Assembly (NCBI RefSeq): GCF_044704955.1
Contig: NC_091983.1
Coordinates: 93,434,001-93,498,000, forward strand
Direction: 5' to 3'
From: Pristiophorus japonicus
Lineage: Eukaryota
Length of the DNA: 64,000 bases
Below are positions 11,690 through 25,033 of the stretch, piece after piece (position 1 is the first letter of the stretch; every line of letters begins with the position of its first letter). The notes under the pieces were generated by a model that saw only the letters and a list, made by a program, of their open reading frames with translations, was not told the origin of the DNA and ran no database searches. Both the position numbers and the translations under genes were made by a program.

Positions 11690-13950
11690 GCCATACAGCC
11701 CCTTGAGCCTGCTCCGACATTCAATAAGATCATAGCTGATCTGATCTTGGCCTCAACTCCACTTTCCTGCCTGTACCCCATAACCCTTGACTCCCTGTAG
11801 TTCAAGAATCTGTCTATCTCAGCCTTGACCATATTAAATGTTTCAGGCTCCACAGCTCTCCGAGGTAGAGAATTCCAAAGATTTACGACCCTCTGAGAGA
11901 AGAAATTCCTCCTCATCTCCGTCTTAAATGGGCAATCCCTCATTCTGAAACTATGCCCCCTAGTTCTAGATTCCCCCATGAGGGTAAACATCCTCTCTGC
12001 ATCTACCCTGTCAAGCCTCAGAATCTTATACATTTCAATAAGACCACCTTTCATTCTTCTAAACTTCAATGAGTATAGGCCCAACCTGCTCAACCTTTCT
12101 TCATAAGACAACCCCTTCATCACAGGAATCAACTTTGTGAACCTTCTCTGAACTGAAAACAGGGAATTATAGACCTGTTAGCCTGACATCGGTAGTGCGG
12201 AAAATGTTGGATCAATTATTAAAAATGAAATAGCAGCTCATTTGGAAAGCAGTGACAGGATCGGTCAAAGTCAGTATGGATTTATGAAAGGGAAATCATG
12301 CTTGACAAATCTTCTAGAATTTTTTGAGGATGTAACTAGTAGAGTGGACAAGGGAGAACCAGTGGATGTGGTGTAGTTGGACTTTCAAAAGGCTTTTGAC
12401 AAGGTCCCACACAAGAGATTAGTGTGCAAAATTAAAGCACATGGTATTGGGGGTAATGTATTAACATAGATAGAGAACTGGTTGGCAGACAGGAAGCAGA
12501 GAGTCGGGATAAACGGGTCCTTTTCAGAATGGCAGGCAGTGACTAGTGGGGTGCCGCAGGGTTCAGTGCTGGGACCCCAGCTATTTACAATATACATCAA
12601 TTATTTAGATGAAGGAATTGAGTGTAATATCGCCAAGTTTGCAGATGACACTAAGCTGGGTGGTGTTGTGAGCTATGAGGAGGATGCTAAAAGGCTGCAG
12701 AGTGACTTGGACAGGTTAGGTGAGTGGGCAAATGCATGGCAGATGCAATATAATGTGGACAAATGTGAGGTTATCCACTTTGGGGGAAAAAACATGAAGG
12801 CAGAATATTATCTGAATGGCGACAGATTAGGAAAAGGGGAGGTGCAACGAGACCTGGGTGTCATGGTACATCAATAATTGAAAGTTGGCATGCAGGTACA
12901 GCAGGCAATGAAGAAGGCAAATGGTATGTTGGCCTTCATAGCGAGGGGATTTGAGTATAGGAGCAGGGAGGTCTTACTGCAGTTGTACAGGGCCTTGGTG
13001 AGGCCTCAGCTGGAATATTGTGTTCAGTTTTGGTCTCCTAATCTGAGGAAGGACGTTCTTGCTATTGAGGGAGTGCAGCGAAGGTTCACCAGACTGATTC
13101 CCGGATGGCTGGACTGACATATGAGGAGAGACTGGATCGACTGGACCTGTATTCACTGGAGTTTAGAAGAACAAGAGGGGATCTCATAGAAACATATAAC
13201 ATTCTGACAGGATTGGACAGATTAGAGGCAGGAAGAATGTTCCCGATACTGGGGAAGTCCAGAACCAGGGGTCACAGTTTTAGGATAAGTGGTAAGCCAT
13301 TTAGGACTGAGATGAGGAGAAACTTCTTCACTCAGAAAGTTGTTAACCTGTGGAATTGTCTACCGCATAAAGTTGTTGAGACTAGTTTGTTAGATATATT
13401 CAAGAGGGAGTTAGATATGGCCCTTACGACTAAAGGGATCAAGGGGTGTGGAGAGAAAGCAGGAAAGGGGTACTGAGGTGAATGATCAGCCATGATCTTA
13501 TTAAATGGTGGTGCCGGCTCGAAGGGCCGAATGGCCTACTCCTGCACCTATTTTCTATGTTTCTATGCCTACAGTGCAAGTATATCCTTCCTTAAATAAG
13601 GAGACCAAAACTGTACGCAGTACTCAAGGTGTGGTCTCACCAACGCCCTGTACAGTTATAGCAGGACTTCCTTACTTTTATACTCCATCCCCCTTGCAAT
13701 AAAGGCCAACATTCCATTTGCCTTCCTAATTACTTGCTGTACCTGCATACTAACTTTTTGTGTTTCATGTACGAGGACCCCCAGATCCCTCTGTACCACA
13801 GCATTTTGTAATCTCTCCCCATTTGAATAATAATTTGCTTTTTTATTTTTCCTATCAGTGGATAACCTCAGAATCTTATATGTTTCAATAAGATCACCTC
13901 TCATTCTTCTAAACTCCAATGACTATAGGCCCAACCTACTCAACCTTTCC
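11690..13950 (-). mobile_element. CR1 LINE 3' fragment (11690-12155 plus 13567-13950)
   Basis: ORF 11227-12132 N-terminal half (SYEERLSRLGLYS...RRNFFSQRVVNLWN) continues at 13567 (KANGMLAFIARG). 13866-13950 repeats 12016-12100. Confidence 0.88.
12156..13566 (+). mobile_element. CR1 LINE, 5'-truncated (RT region)
   Basis: NYRPVSL, DFQKAFDKV, GVPQGSVLGP, FADD; CTATGTTT tail. Confidence 0.95.
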
Positions 13951-14555
13951 TCCCGGAAGCTGGTTGGCTGCCCACCACTGGTCCCACCTGAGTAAAAGCT
14001 GGAAATCGGCGGGTTGGAGCTCGCTTCCCGACATGCTTCCAATTTTCCCCCATTTAACACCTCCCCCCCACCACCTGCACCCACTTCCACCCATTCACCT
14101 ATGTTAAAGTTACCCCCCACCCACAGGTCGATGAACTTTCATCAGAACTAGAAGAAATTATAGATTTAACAGTTTATAAGCAAGTAGAGAGCCAGGGAAA
14201 AAGCGAGTGGGAGAGAAAATAACAAAAGGGAAGGTCTGTGATAGGATGGAGGACAGGAGTGATTATATGAGAAAAGGGATGATGCTGCAAGACAAAAGAG
14301 GGACAGTAATGGGACAATAAAGAAACAAAAGATGGGTCGAGAGGAGTTGTAAATGGCAACACCAGAACCACTACCAGCATCTGCTGTTAGAGAAAATGGG
14401 AGCGATGATTATGATCTGAAGTTGCGGAACTCAGTTTTTGAGACCAGCAGGTTGTAAAGTGCCTAATCGAAAACTGAGCTGCTGTTCCTCGAGCTTGTAT
14501 TGAGCTTCATTAGAACAGTTTCGGAGTGCGAGAAAAGAGGTCAGAGTGGGAGTGC

Positions 14556-16201
14556 GTCACTGGAGCGAGTCTAGCTTTACTTGAAGCTAGCCTGCTCCTC
14601 TTCAAGGCAGTCTGCTACTTTTAAAGATGAGCTGTCTTCTGCAGATAAAATAATTTAAAATTCCTTCAGCTCTCGGCAGTCTGCACCTCTTAAAGGTGAG
14701 TTGCCTTCTGCTGATCAAAAATGCTAAAAGTGCTTCAGCACTAACACAACTGGCTCAACAGGCCAGGAAAAGGGTACCCAGGTCCGGCAGTCACCTACCA
14801 GCAATCTCTACCAAACACGAGGCATACTTCACATTCCTAGCTTTACCTCACCCTCTTGTAGAAGACTATGCTGGCCATTCTTTGCAGGAACAAACCTGAG
14901 CCTTGACCAGTGAAAGGGTTGAAAGAATACAAGATGCTGGTATCCTCATATGTTATCCTCCTTCTCACATCTCACTTACCCCTCATCCCACAATTTCTTC
15001 TGATTTACAAAGCTACGCATGGCGTAAGCATGCACCTCTTACCTTCCCCCCCCCCCCCGCTCCCCTTTCCACAACCTTACCCTTCCTCATTTCAGACACC
15101 CCAAGAAATTCAGCCTGCCCAGCCAGTAGTTGACCAAAAAGAGGGAGAGGAGAGTGACAAAGAAGAAGAAACACCATCACTCGATTTGACACTCCCAGCC
15201 ATCAGCTCCTCGAGGTCATCTTGCAAGGCCATCTGCTATTGAAAGTCAGCAGCCTTCCCCCAGCCATGCTACAGCCACTGGGGTAGCACTGCTTAACATC
15301 GCTAGGACAGGCAAAGGCACTCAGTAAGCACACTGATGATTAGTTGATGTTTTGATGTACTATTGGATGCATATATGGATTGGAAAGTTTGCTTTGTAGT
15401 GGCTTTTATTTCCGCATTGTGGCCAAGAGGACGCTGTGATTGTCAGTAACAAAGGGAAGGTAAGGTGTGGGACAAATGTTGAAAGGGGAATTGGGGTTGT
15501 GGTCACTGATACCGCAGGCAGATCATTCGATCCCGGATATCCCGACCAGAAAGGGGCTGTCTTGAGTTGCCTCCTTCATTTTGCTTTCTGCTCTTTTGCT
15601 ATTTCCTCTTTTGTTTTTTCCTGTTCTGCTTCCTCCTCCTCCTCCCTCTGCGAGCATCTTGTCCCCTTTGCTGCTTCTGCTCCATCTCCATGTCAGGCTG
15701 CAGTCCTAGGGGGACTGCAACTAGAACCAACAGGACTGGAAACAAGTGATGTTCCCAGAGGCTTTTTTTTAAGAGCAAAAGCCTTGCAAACATCCAGTAG
15801 CACTCCCTGCACACTTTACCAAGCCACTACTCCAATAAACTGTAAAGAAACCAGTGCAAAAGCAAAAATCTAAACTTGCCTGAAAGTTGTGTGTGTTCCT
15901 TTAAGAAGCGCTGGCAGTGGCTCGGTTGTATGCTGTGTACACGTTCTTCCATGCGTGGTATGGAGAGGGTGGTATCAAGAGCGGTGACGTCCGAAAGCAC
16001 AGATCGTGCGTCACTTCAGCCATTACAAACTGATTGACATCACCATCTGGATCATTTAAATATGGGAAGTGTGCCCAGGCAATGGCAGCACTGCCGACTT
16101 ATCCAAAATGGCGGCTGCCGTGTTTCGTGCCGATAGTGGGCGGAAGCGAGGTAGCTGCCATTTTTCTTCTGCCAGCACTAAAGGCACCGATTTCCCGGCC
16201 T
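14556..16201. mobile_element. Internally deleted PIF/Harbinger element
   Basis: 14920-15205 is closely similar to 34065-34347 (Myb-gene acidic exon). Minus-strand acidic tail of the transposase near 15530-15720. Right end GATTTCCCGGCC. Confidence 0.65.
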
Positions 16202-16214
16202 GTCTTTTTAAAAA

Positions 16215-17680
16215 TTAATTCCTGGGATCTGGGGATCGCTGGCAAGGTGAGCATTTATTGCCCATCCCTAATTGCCCTTGAGAAGGTGGTGCTGAGCCAC
16301 TGCCTTGAACTGCTGCAGTCCTTGTGGTGAACGTACTCCCACAGTGCTGTTGGGGCGGGGGGGCGGGGGAGCGGGGTGGCAGTTCCAGGATTTTGACCCA
16401 GCAGCAATGAAGGAACGGCGATATACTTCGAAGTCAGAATGGTGTGTGACTTGGAGGGGAACTTGGAAGTGTTGGTGTTCCCATGCACCTGCTGCTCTTG
16501 TCCTTCCAGGTGATAGAGCTCGCAGGTTTATGAGTTGCTGCCAAAGAAACCTTGGTGAATTGCTGCAATGTGTCTTGTAGATGGTACACACTGCAGCCAC
16601 AGTACATTGGTGATGGAGGGAGTGAATGTTTAAGGTGGTGGTTGGGATGCCAATCAAGCGGGCTGCTTTGTTCTGGATTTTGTCGAGCTTCTTGAGTGTT
16701 GTTGGAGCTCCTCTCATCCAGGCAAGTGGAGAGTATTCTATCACACTCCTGACTTGTGCCTTGTAGATGGTGGAAAGGCTTTGGGGAGTAAGGACGTGAG
16801 ACACCTGTTGCAGAATACCCAGCTTCTGACCTCCTCTTGTTGCCACAGTGTTTATGTGGATAGTCCAGTTAAGTTTCTGGTCAATGCTGACCCCCAGGAT
16901 ATTGATGGGGGGCGGGGAATTTGGTGATGGTAATGCCATTGAATGACAAGAGGCGGTGGTTAGAAGCTCACTTGTTGGAGCTAGTCGTTGCCTGCCACTT
17001 GTGTGGCGCGAATGTTACTTGCCACTTATCAGCCCAAACATGAATGTCGTCCAGGTCTTTTTGCATGCAGGCATGGGCTGCTCCATTATCTGAGGAATTG
17101 TGAATGCAACTGAACACTGTGCCGTCATCAGTGAACATCCCCACTTCTGACCTTATGATGGAGGGAAGGTCATTGATGAAGCAGCTGACGATGGTTGGGC
17201 CGAGGACACTACCCTGAGGAACTCCTGCAGTGATGTCCTGAGGCTGAGATGATTGACCTCCAACCACCACAACCATCTTTCTTTGTGCTAGGTATGACTC
17301 CAGCCAGTGGAGAGTTTTCCCCCTGATTCCCAGTGACTTCAGTTTTACTAGGGCTGCTTGGTGCCACACTCAGTCAAATGCTGCTTTGATGTCAAGGGCA
17401 GTCACTCTCACCTCACCTCTGGAATTCAGCTCTTTTGTCCAAGGCTATAATGAGGTCTGGGGCCGAGTGGTCCTTGTGGAACCCAAACTGGGCATCGCTC
17501 AGCAGGTTATTGGTGACTAAGTGCTGCTTGATAGCACTGTTGACGACACCTTCCATCACTTTGCTGATGATTGAGAGTAGACTGATGGGGCGATAATTGG
17601 CCAGATTGGATTTGTCCTGCATTTTGTGGACAGGACATACTTGGGCAGTTTTCCACATTGTCAGATAGATGCCAGTGATC
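16215..17680 (-). mobile_element. CR1/L2-group LINE 3' portion (second family)
   Basis: ORFs 17413-17709 (NYRPISLL, AQFGF), 16968-17369 (GVPQGSVLGP, FTDD) and 16268-16939; 3' tail CACCACCTTCTCAAGGGCAATTAGGGATGGGCAATAAATG. Confidence 0.9.
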
Positions 17681-18039
17681 ATTTTCACTGACAGATTAGC
17701 TTTTATCATCTACTTCATTGCTTTTTCAGAATTCAAGGCGAAATTATTTATTTCTGCTCATATTAATTAAAGAATAATTTTGAAATCATACTCAAAATCA
17801 TGTTCTGTTTTAGCTGATTGCTGAATGTCTACAGTTGTAACAAAAATCTTGTGTATACATTACATCTTTGTGATAGTTTCTATATTCTCTAAATATAGTG
17901 CAGAATTTATACACAAATGTGACTTATAGTGCGGGTCATATAATCATTGTCAAAATAAACACCTTTATTATATTTCAATGCTGGGCAACAAAAATGTGAG
18001 GCCAATTCATGTGAGTTTGAAAGGAAAAGTATCATTAAG

Positions 18040-18610
18040 TGTTAGCCTTAGCTACGTGGTGGCACATCCATCTCCGAGCCAGAAGTTTGTGGGTTTCAGT
18101 ACCACACTAGAGACTTAAGCACATAATCTCGGCTGGCGGCAATGTTCCCCTTTAGCTGCACGGTGCTCCAGGGATCCCTCGCAGCCAGTGAGCCAAACAA
18201 CCGCGCATGTGTGGAATTTTGAATGGGTCAAGCAGCATGTGAACAGGGCCACGTGGCCCAAAAAATTACAGGGAACATTGCTAGCAGTCCAGTGAGTGAG
18301 GGCGCTCTGCACTGTCAGAGGTGCTGTCTTTTGGATGAGACATTAAACCAAAGCCCCATCTGTCTTCTCAAGTGGAAGTAAAATATCCCACAGCAGTATT
18401 TGTCCTGGGCATTGTTTATCCTTTAACCAGCATGACTAAAACAGATTATCTGGTCATTTATCTCATTGCTGTTTGTGGTATCTTTTTACATACAAATTTG
18501 CTGCAGTTTTTCCCTACGTTACGACACTACATTTCAAATGGCCGTGAAGCACTTTGGGGTTATGTCCTGAGGTTATGAAAGGTTATATAAATGCAAGTTC
18601 TTTCTTTCTT
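18040..18610 (+). mobile_element. Deu-domain SINE (SacSINE1-like), near full length, containing a MITE
   Basis: tRNA-like head, Deu core (GAGGTGCTGTCTTTTGGATGAGACATTAAACC), tail TATATAAATGCAAGTTCTTTCTTT. Confidence 0.8.
18140..18280. mobile_element. 141-bp MITE with CAATGTTCCC TIRs
   Basis: Perfect 10-bp inverted termini CAATGTTCCC / GGGAACATTG; degenerate flanking duplication CTGGCGG / CTAGCAG; interrupts the SINE. Confidence 0.75.
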
Positions 18611-18904
18611 CATTTGGTATCTTAAACAAAACTTGAAATTCCCAAACAGTGCTACTCCATCAGTTTTAATGAACTAGAAAATTTCAGTTTCCTCACCAAG
18701 TAATTCACATCAAGTGAACCTAATTAAAACCAAACTCGGAATCCAAAGAAAAATTAGCATAATTAAACATTTTCTCTGCAGATTTTAATCAAACCAATTC
18801 CTTCCCTACACATTCCTTTGAAAGCATTCATTATAGAATTGTTCATGCATCCTATTCGCAGATCTGTAAAGACTGATATGTCACCTAAATACTAAATAAA
18901 GATA

Positions 18905-19162
18905 AGAGGATTTATGTTTATTTAGCACCTTTCATATTCTTGGGATGTTCCAAAGCACTTCACAACTATTGAATTATTTTTTAAAGTAGTCATTATTGTT
19001 TTGAGGGCAAATGCAGCAGCCAATTTGGACGTTGCAAAGCCTCACAAATGGCAAATAAAAATAACCATTGATGCTGTTGATTGAGAGATGCATCTTGGCT
19101 AGGACAGCAGGACAGCTCGCTGCTCTTTGAATAGTGCCGTGGGATCATTTACACCCACCTGT
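18905..19162 (-). mobile_element. Deu-domain SINE fragment, degenerate
   Basis: Reverse complement of the SINE tail and core (TAGCACCTTTCA, CAGCCAATTTG, ATAGTGCCGTGGGATC). Confidence 0.6.
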
Positions 19163-21094
19163 GGCTTATGGAGAGGATGATGTACAGTAGATCAGAGACA
19201 AAGGAGGAGAGAGTAAGATCTGGGATGTAGGGCTGGAAAGGCAGTCTTAATAGGGCCTGAAGCTCAGTTCAGTCAAAAAGACACCAAAGTTGTGCACTGT
19301 ACTGTAATCTTTACCAAGACCGTTGAATTTTACTCCACTATTTTAATTTTCCTTTCTTTTATATATCACACCATACATTATTCACTTGGCTAGGTGATGA
19401 TTTGCAGCCAGAATCTGTCAGTGCTTTTCTCTCATCAGTTACTAGAAGTGTGCAAAAGCAGCCTCTGATTATTGTCTGCTAATATTCTATCTTTCCCTCA
19501 GGGGACACGACTGGTGTGTACTAGTTGCCTCAACCTGATGTGGCTGAAATCATGAACTTGCTGCATAGAAAATCTCCTACTGTTTATACTTGATGTTTTT
19601 GTGAAATGTTACCATCTTAGCTTCATAAATGCACATTGAGGATGTTCAGAGTTAAAAAAAGAGAGCAAATGCTCCCAAGCCATAGCTAATGTTTAGTTAT
19701 TAGTTGCACATTTTCATCTTTGACTGATATTATTAGATTCACCCTTTCTGCCACTGCATCTAATGCGTGTCTGATGAGAAATTGTCCTTTAGGTTCTAAT
19801 AATTAAAAGTGCCTTCATCATACTTGTCCTAGGCAATAGCTGACAAAAATGTCTACAAGCGATGGATCTTTAATTACAATTTTTGATTATTTAGTTCCAC
19901 CAGCAAACATAATGCTTAAAGCAGGAGATTATGGGGTTTTAATGTATCTGTCTGTCGCATTGTCTATCTGGGGAATTGCAAAAGCCTTGGGAAAAAGAGA
20001 CATACTCTGAATTCGGCAGTTAAAGAGGTTTGATTTTAATGATCATATGTTCACATATCTTTACCTTATCTGCTGTAATTCTTTAAACCATTTGTGTTGA
20101 ATTTTTAGCTTCTGGAATTCTGACATTTAGGACCAGAAAGAAAAATTGTTAATAACTTCAACTCCATTTGTTCATATATAAAGAGACAAAAATCAATGTA
20201 CAATAAGAGAAGTGTGAATATCTCCTACTTTGTAGATGTTCCCAATTTCATTGTTTATTTCATTCCTGTGGACTACTATTTACTGAGGCAGTATTGACTT
20301 ATTGTGGCTCAGACACCTCACTGCTGCATCAAAGCGTAGTCATGGGTGCTAATCTAGATGACCTATGGAGCACTCTCTGATGCATTCCAAACTAATGAGC
20401 CACTATCTGGTGTGAATGGAGACCAGAAACATGCATGGAGCTTAAAATCAATAATAAAGTTAGCCATATCATCTACCGGGTAAGAGAATTTTGATATTTA
20501 AAGTGAAGACATCTGTGGGTTTGAAGCACTGCAAATATACTATTTCATGGTTGAAGTGGACAAGATGAAAGACATTCCAGGGAGGCCAGTAGGCACCTGA
20601 GCTGGACTGTGCACGTCCGCCATTATATTACCAACCATCCCTGCAGGTTCTGACACATCTGGCAATGACCAACAGTACCTGACTCCACAGGCTCCAGGTG
20701 GCTCCACAGGCTTTAGGTCACCATGGAGCCATTTTGTGCCATCTATAACTACACTTGCTGCCAATAAGGGGACATAATTCTTACAGCCTTTGGAAAGATT
20801 GAAAAGACATCTTAATTAATTGGCAGCCTTTGCCAAGGCTGAATGGGAAGAAGGTTAAAAAGTGACAGTAATGAGGTAATAGAAGCCCAAGATGCAAGTA
20901 TGAGTCTTCAAGCAAGTGATGGAAGAACCTAGTACTTGACCCACTGTTTGATGGCTGCTGAAGTTGAGTTGGTTGCAAAGAGGATGACCCTATTTGCCAT
21001 TCCGTGGCACTGTCCTCATGTCAGTATTGCAGCATGCCTGGAAAGAGTTGGAAGCATGTTTGAGGCTGCAGTAAGCAAATGGCACAGCCTTTCA

Positions 21095-21535
21095 TGTAGA
21101 AATACATAGAGGTTACAATATAGAAATAGGCCTTTTTGCACAATCAGTCCATGTCAGTGGTTACCATCCACACAAAGCAATAGTTCTAATCAGATTTACC
21201 CATCCTGTTCCTATACCCCTCCAACTCTTTTCCATCATCCACCTATCCAATGTAATCTCTAATGTTGTCACAGTTCCTGCTTCGGTCACTAACCCTGGAA
21301 GTGAATTCCACAGCCTCACAACTCTTTATGTAAAGTTTATCCTGCCCTCTGTTCTAAATCTCTTACATTTAATCTTGTAGCTATGGCCCCTCAATCTTGA
21401 TCTGTCACCGACTGGAAAGTGTTTGCTTTTATCTACCCTGTGCCACCCTCTCTTAATTTTAAACACATCTATCATATTGACTTGTAATCTGTGTTGTTCT
21501 AAGGAAAAAAGCTCACATTTTTCAAGTCTTTCTTT
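21095..21535 (-). mobile_element. CR1 3' fragment, degenerate
   Basis: Tail AGAAATACATAGA; GAATTCCACAGCCTCACAACTC (RVV.LWNS) on the minus strand. Confidence 0.7.
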
Positions 21536-22689
21536 GCATAGGCAAAGGGCTTATCATCTGTTTCAGGTATGGGCCCTGGAAGCCTATTTATTTTCCCATA
21601 TCAACATGGCGAATGGTGCACTTCTAGCTTGTAATGATTGTGCGCTTCCTGCCAACTATATTGGCAGCTTAGGCACCTGTTTAGCACCCAAGAAACAGGT
21701 GCAGCACCATCGAATTTCTAGACCAGTGACTTCCCTCTCTTTTATATTAGTTTGAAGCCTAATTAAGTGTGTAAAGTAGTAGTCATATAATAACAACCTT
21801 GGGGTGAAAAAGGTAGTTATGCCATGAGAATCCTGCTCCAGTTACATTACTCATTTGTACTTCTATAATGAGTCACAGCTGAAAATATGTATTTTTGTCT
21901 TATGATCTATTTAGGTTAAGTAGGTTTAACAAAAATACAACCTTCCCATTCTGTTCGAACCTTCCAGTAATTGAGTTCAATTTTGTTAGTGTACACTTAT
22001 GCTAAACAGGTTGGACACCATGACTTTTTTGCCATCAACAGATGCCTCCTGCAATACTTTTTCACAATAGCACCTGCACATACATTATATGTACTCAGCC
22101 TTGCAGTACAATATATGGTTTTTCAAGTGTTACAGTATAGTGCTCTCAAACTTGAAGCCGCTTACAGTTCTGTATAAAATGAGAGGTCAAAGATTCTGTA
22201 TATTTTCCATGGTCCAAAAGTCAGAGTATATCTCAAATTCATGTTCTGCTAGTCGATCCCCAGTGGCATTGCGAGGAACCTTCAGGTAAAGAGGGTTGGA
22301 CACTGTGAGATAATTGAATCAGGGCATGCAAATGCAATTCAGACATCATTTTAAGCATACATTCTGGGGCCAATAATTCACACTATTTTGGCATACTCAC
22401 GCTGTAATTTTGGAGTCAAGGGTAACTTTAGTATGAGATACACTGGGTCCTAACCTTGCGATCCAATTTCTAGATGAACTTGTCGGGACGAAGCCTCCAC
22501 CCACCCTAAAGACCGCAAGCAATGTAATGTGGCTGGAGCCAGAAACTTCCATGAATTCGGCCCTCAAAAGGACCAGGGTCACCTGGATGCAGATATGCCT
22601 GGAACGGACCCGGCATACCAGGCACCTCCAGGGCAAAAATGGGGTCCACCTGGAGGTCCAGCCCAAAATCGTGGCCTGGAATCCTGCCA

Positions 22690-24250
22690 AAGAAATTCCT
22701 CCTAAATTCTTTATTTGATCTGTTAATGGCTCTTATATTTATGCCACTAGCACCCCTGCCCCCCAAAGTTCAAGACTCACCTACAAGTGGAAACAATTTC
22801 TTCATGTCCACCCTATCTAAGCCCTTCATAATTGTAAAAACCTCTATCATGTCTCCTCTAAGTCTTCTCTTTTCGTGAGAAAAGAGCCCCAGCTTGCTCA
22901 ATTTGTCCTGCTAATTGCATCCTCTCAATTGCGGTAACACCCTTGTACCACTTTCTCCGGTGCTTCAATATTCTTTTGTAGTATGGCACACAGAACAAAG
23001 TTTTTAATAAATATAACATTACCTCTCTTCTTTTGTATTCTGTTCCTTGAGAAATGAAATAGAAGTTTGCACACTTTATGGCCTTATCAACTTGCGTTAC
23101 TACATTTAGTAATTTATATATCCACATTCCCAGATCTCTTTGTTCCTCTACCTCATTTAAGACAGAGATAGACAGTTTCCTAACCGATAAGAGAATAAGG
23201 GGTTATGGGGAGCTGGCAGGGAAGTGGACCTGAGTCCATGATCAGATCAGTCATGATCATATTAAATGGCGGAGCAGGCTCGAGGGGCCGTATGGCCTAC
23301 TCCTGCTCCTATTTCTTATGTTCTTATTTAGTTTCTTACCTTCCAAGGAATAAGTGGACTCCTTATTCCTTCGACCAAAATGAACCACTTCACACTTCAC
23401 TGCATTGAATTTCATTTGCCATTTATCCACCCATTCGGCAAGCCTGCTTTATCTTCCTGTATTTTGGAGCACTCCTCCATCTTATTAGCTGCACCCCCAA
23501 CTTTTTTATAATCGGCAAACTTTAACACTATACTTTTTATATATCATTTATGTATATGGTTAGCAACAGCACAGATATATGTGGAACCCCACTTCCACTT
23601 TCTGCCGGTCTGAGAAGTTTCCTTAACTCCTAACCTCTGTTTTCTGTTTTGTAGCCATCTTTCAATCCATTCTGCTACCTGGATCCTGACTCCACACGCC
23701 ATGACTGTTATCATGAGTCCTTTATATGGCACCTTATCGAAAGCCTTCTGAATGTCCATGCATACCACATCTGCTGCACTTCACTTGTCTCTACTCTTTC
23801 TGTCCATCCAGTGGGATCTGTTGTAACATCTAATTAAATCATTCCAGGATTTTTGCCTCCACTATTCTAACTGGCAGTGTATTCCACATGTTGATCACTG
23901 TTTGTATGAAGAATAATTTCCTAATTTCTGTCCTAAAAGTATCCGTCTCTAGTTTGAACCTCTGTCCCCCTGGTTCTACTCTTTCAGTTTAATTTAAAGT
24001 ACAACTCCGGGTTAACTTTTTCGATACCCTTAACAATTTTATATACCTGCATCTTCATTCGAGGCTAAAAAGCCTAATTCTCCACTCTCCTCGTAACTCA
24101 GGTTCTCGATAGTAGGGATCAGCTTCATGGCTTTTCTCTTCACAGCCTTTAGCACTTGAACATCTCTCTTGTTCCTTAGTGATCAGAAGTGAATGCAGTA
24201 TTCAAGGTGGGGTCTGCCCAGCATCCTGCACAGTTTGACCGTTGCCTCCT
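22690..24250 (-). mobile_element. Cluster of degenerate CR1 fragments
   Basis: Minus ORFs 22858-23127 and 23544-23768 (DIQKAFDKVP, WLQNRKQR); further CR1 3' sequence at 23830-24250. Confidence 0.75.
23161..23325 (+). mobile_element. CR1 3' end (CTTATGTT-tail subfamily), inserted antisense in an older CR1
   Basis: GGCCTACTCCTGCTCCTATTTCTTATGTTCTTA; ATTTA on both flanks. Confidence 0.85.
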
Positions 24251-25033
24251 CTGACATTGGGCCAGACTGTTCGAAATCCCATCCCACTGTCTTCTTGAAG
24301 CAGCAGCCCAACCGGACTTTCCAGCCCGCTAATTGCCTTTACAGATTGCACATGCATATATATTTACATGTCTCCAGCTTTGTTTTCTATTCTGCTTCAT
24401 GATGCTTCGAATGCCTGCCATGGAAACATACCATGTTCCCATAGCAATTGTAACTAAAATCTGATGAAGCTAAATCAAACAGTTCGTGCAAATATTATTA
24501 ATAACTAATAGAGGTGCTCCAGATTCTGCTTGTAGCCAGAGGCACCGTGGCCCTTAACTCTACAGTTCTGGTGTCATGCGGAGCTGCTTCTTTTGATTTT
24601 AAGCAGGTTTCATGATGTGTTGCTACGTTTCAGATTGAAGGATATCAGCGCATAAATTTTTTTTAAATTGGTTCTTCAACTTGTCTTTCAAGATCAACTG
24701 TTGGGCATAAATAAATGCTTTTAACATTGTGCAACAACAATTGATAATCGTCAAAAATTGAAACAAGCTTCACATTGGAATCACAGTTTGCTTCTTTCCT
24801 TGAAGGTAAAGTCAAAGCCTATGTTCTTAACAGAGCAAAACGGTAAATTGTGATAAATCAGTGTATTTCAGTGCTCTGACCTTGGGCACCGCTTTTAAAT
24901 GGCCTTTGAAAGAATTTAAAACAATATTTTGACCTTGGAAAAGAAAGTTCAGTTGACAGAAATTGCAGCATGAATGAAATGGTTCAATGCTGTGAGGAGT
25001 TTCGTTGACTGACCATTAACTAATAAAGACTAA

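Larger units (their letters stand above)
11320..14119. mobile_element. GC-rich MITE-like element (arms 11320-11690 and 13950-14119) split by CR1 insertions
   Basis: G-rich left end, right end GTTAAAGTTACCCCCC. Arms are partly inverted (AAAACTGGAGG/CCCACATGC vs GACATGCTTCCAATTTTCCC). Confidence 0.5.
11240..14555 (-). mobile_element. Penelope-like element 3' end, interrupted by nested MITE and CR1s
   Basis: Terminal sequence at 11240-11319 continues at about 14123. Minus translation near 14410-14510 (QYKLEEQQLSFRLGTLQPAGL) matches the C-terminus of Penelope GIY-YIG proteins. Confidence 0.7.

Noticed and set aside
19480-19560. Possible host exon after a TTTCCCTCAG acceptor
   Set aside because: All frames stop within about 55 nt and there is no recognisable peptide; cannot be supported without transcript data.
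20330-21085. Another very old Harbinger remnant
   Set aside because: Only faint similarity to the transposase C-terminus and no clear termini.
22175-22445. Possible short host exons (donor-like CAGGTAAAG on +, GTGAGT on -)
   Set aside because: Isolated splice-like motifs with no recognisable protein.
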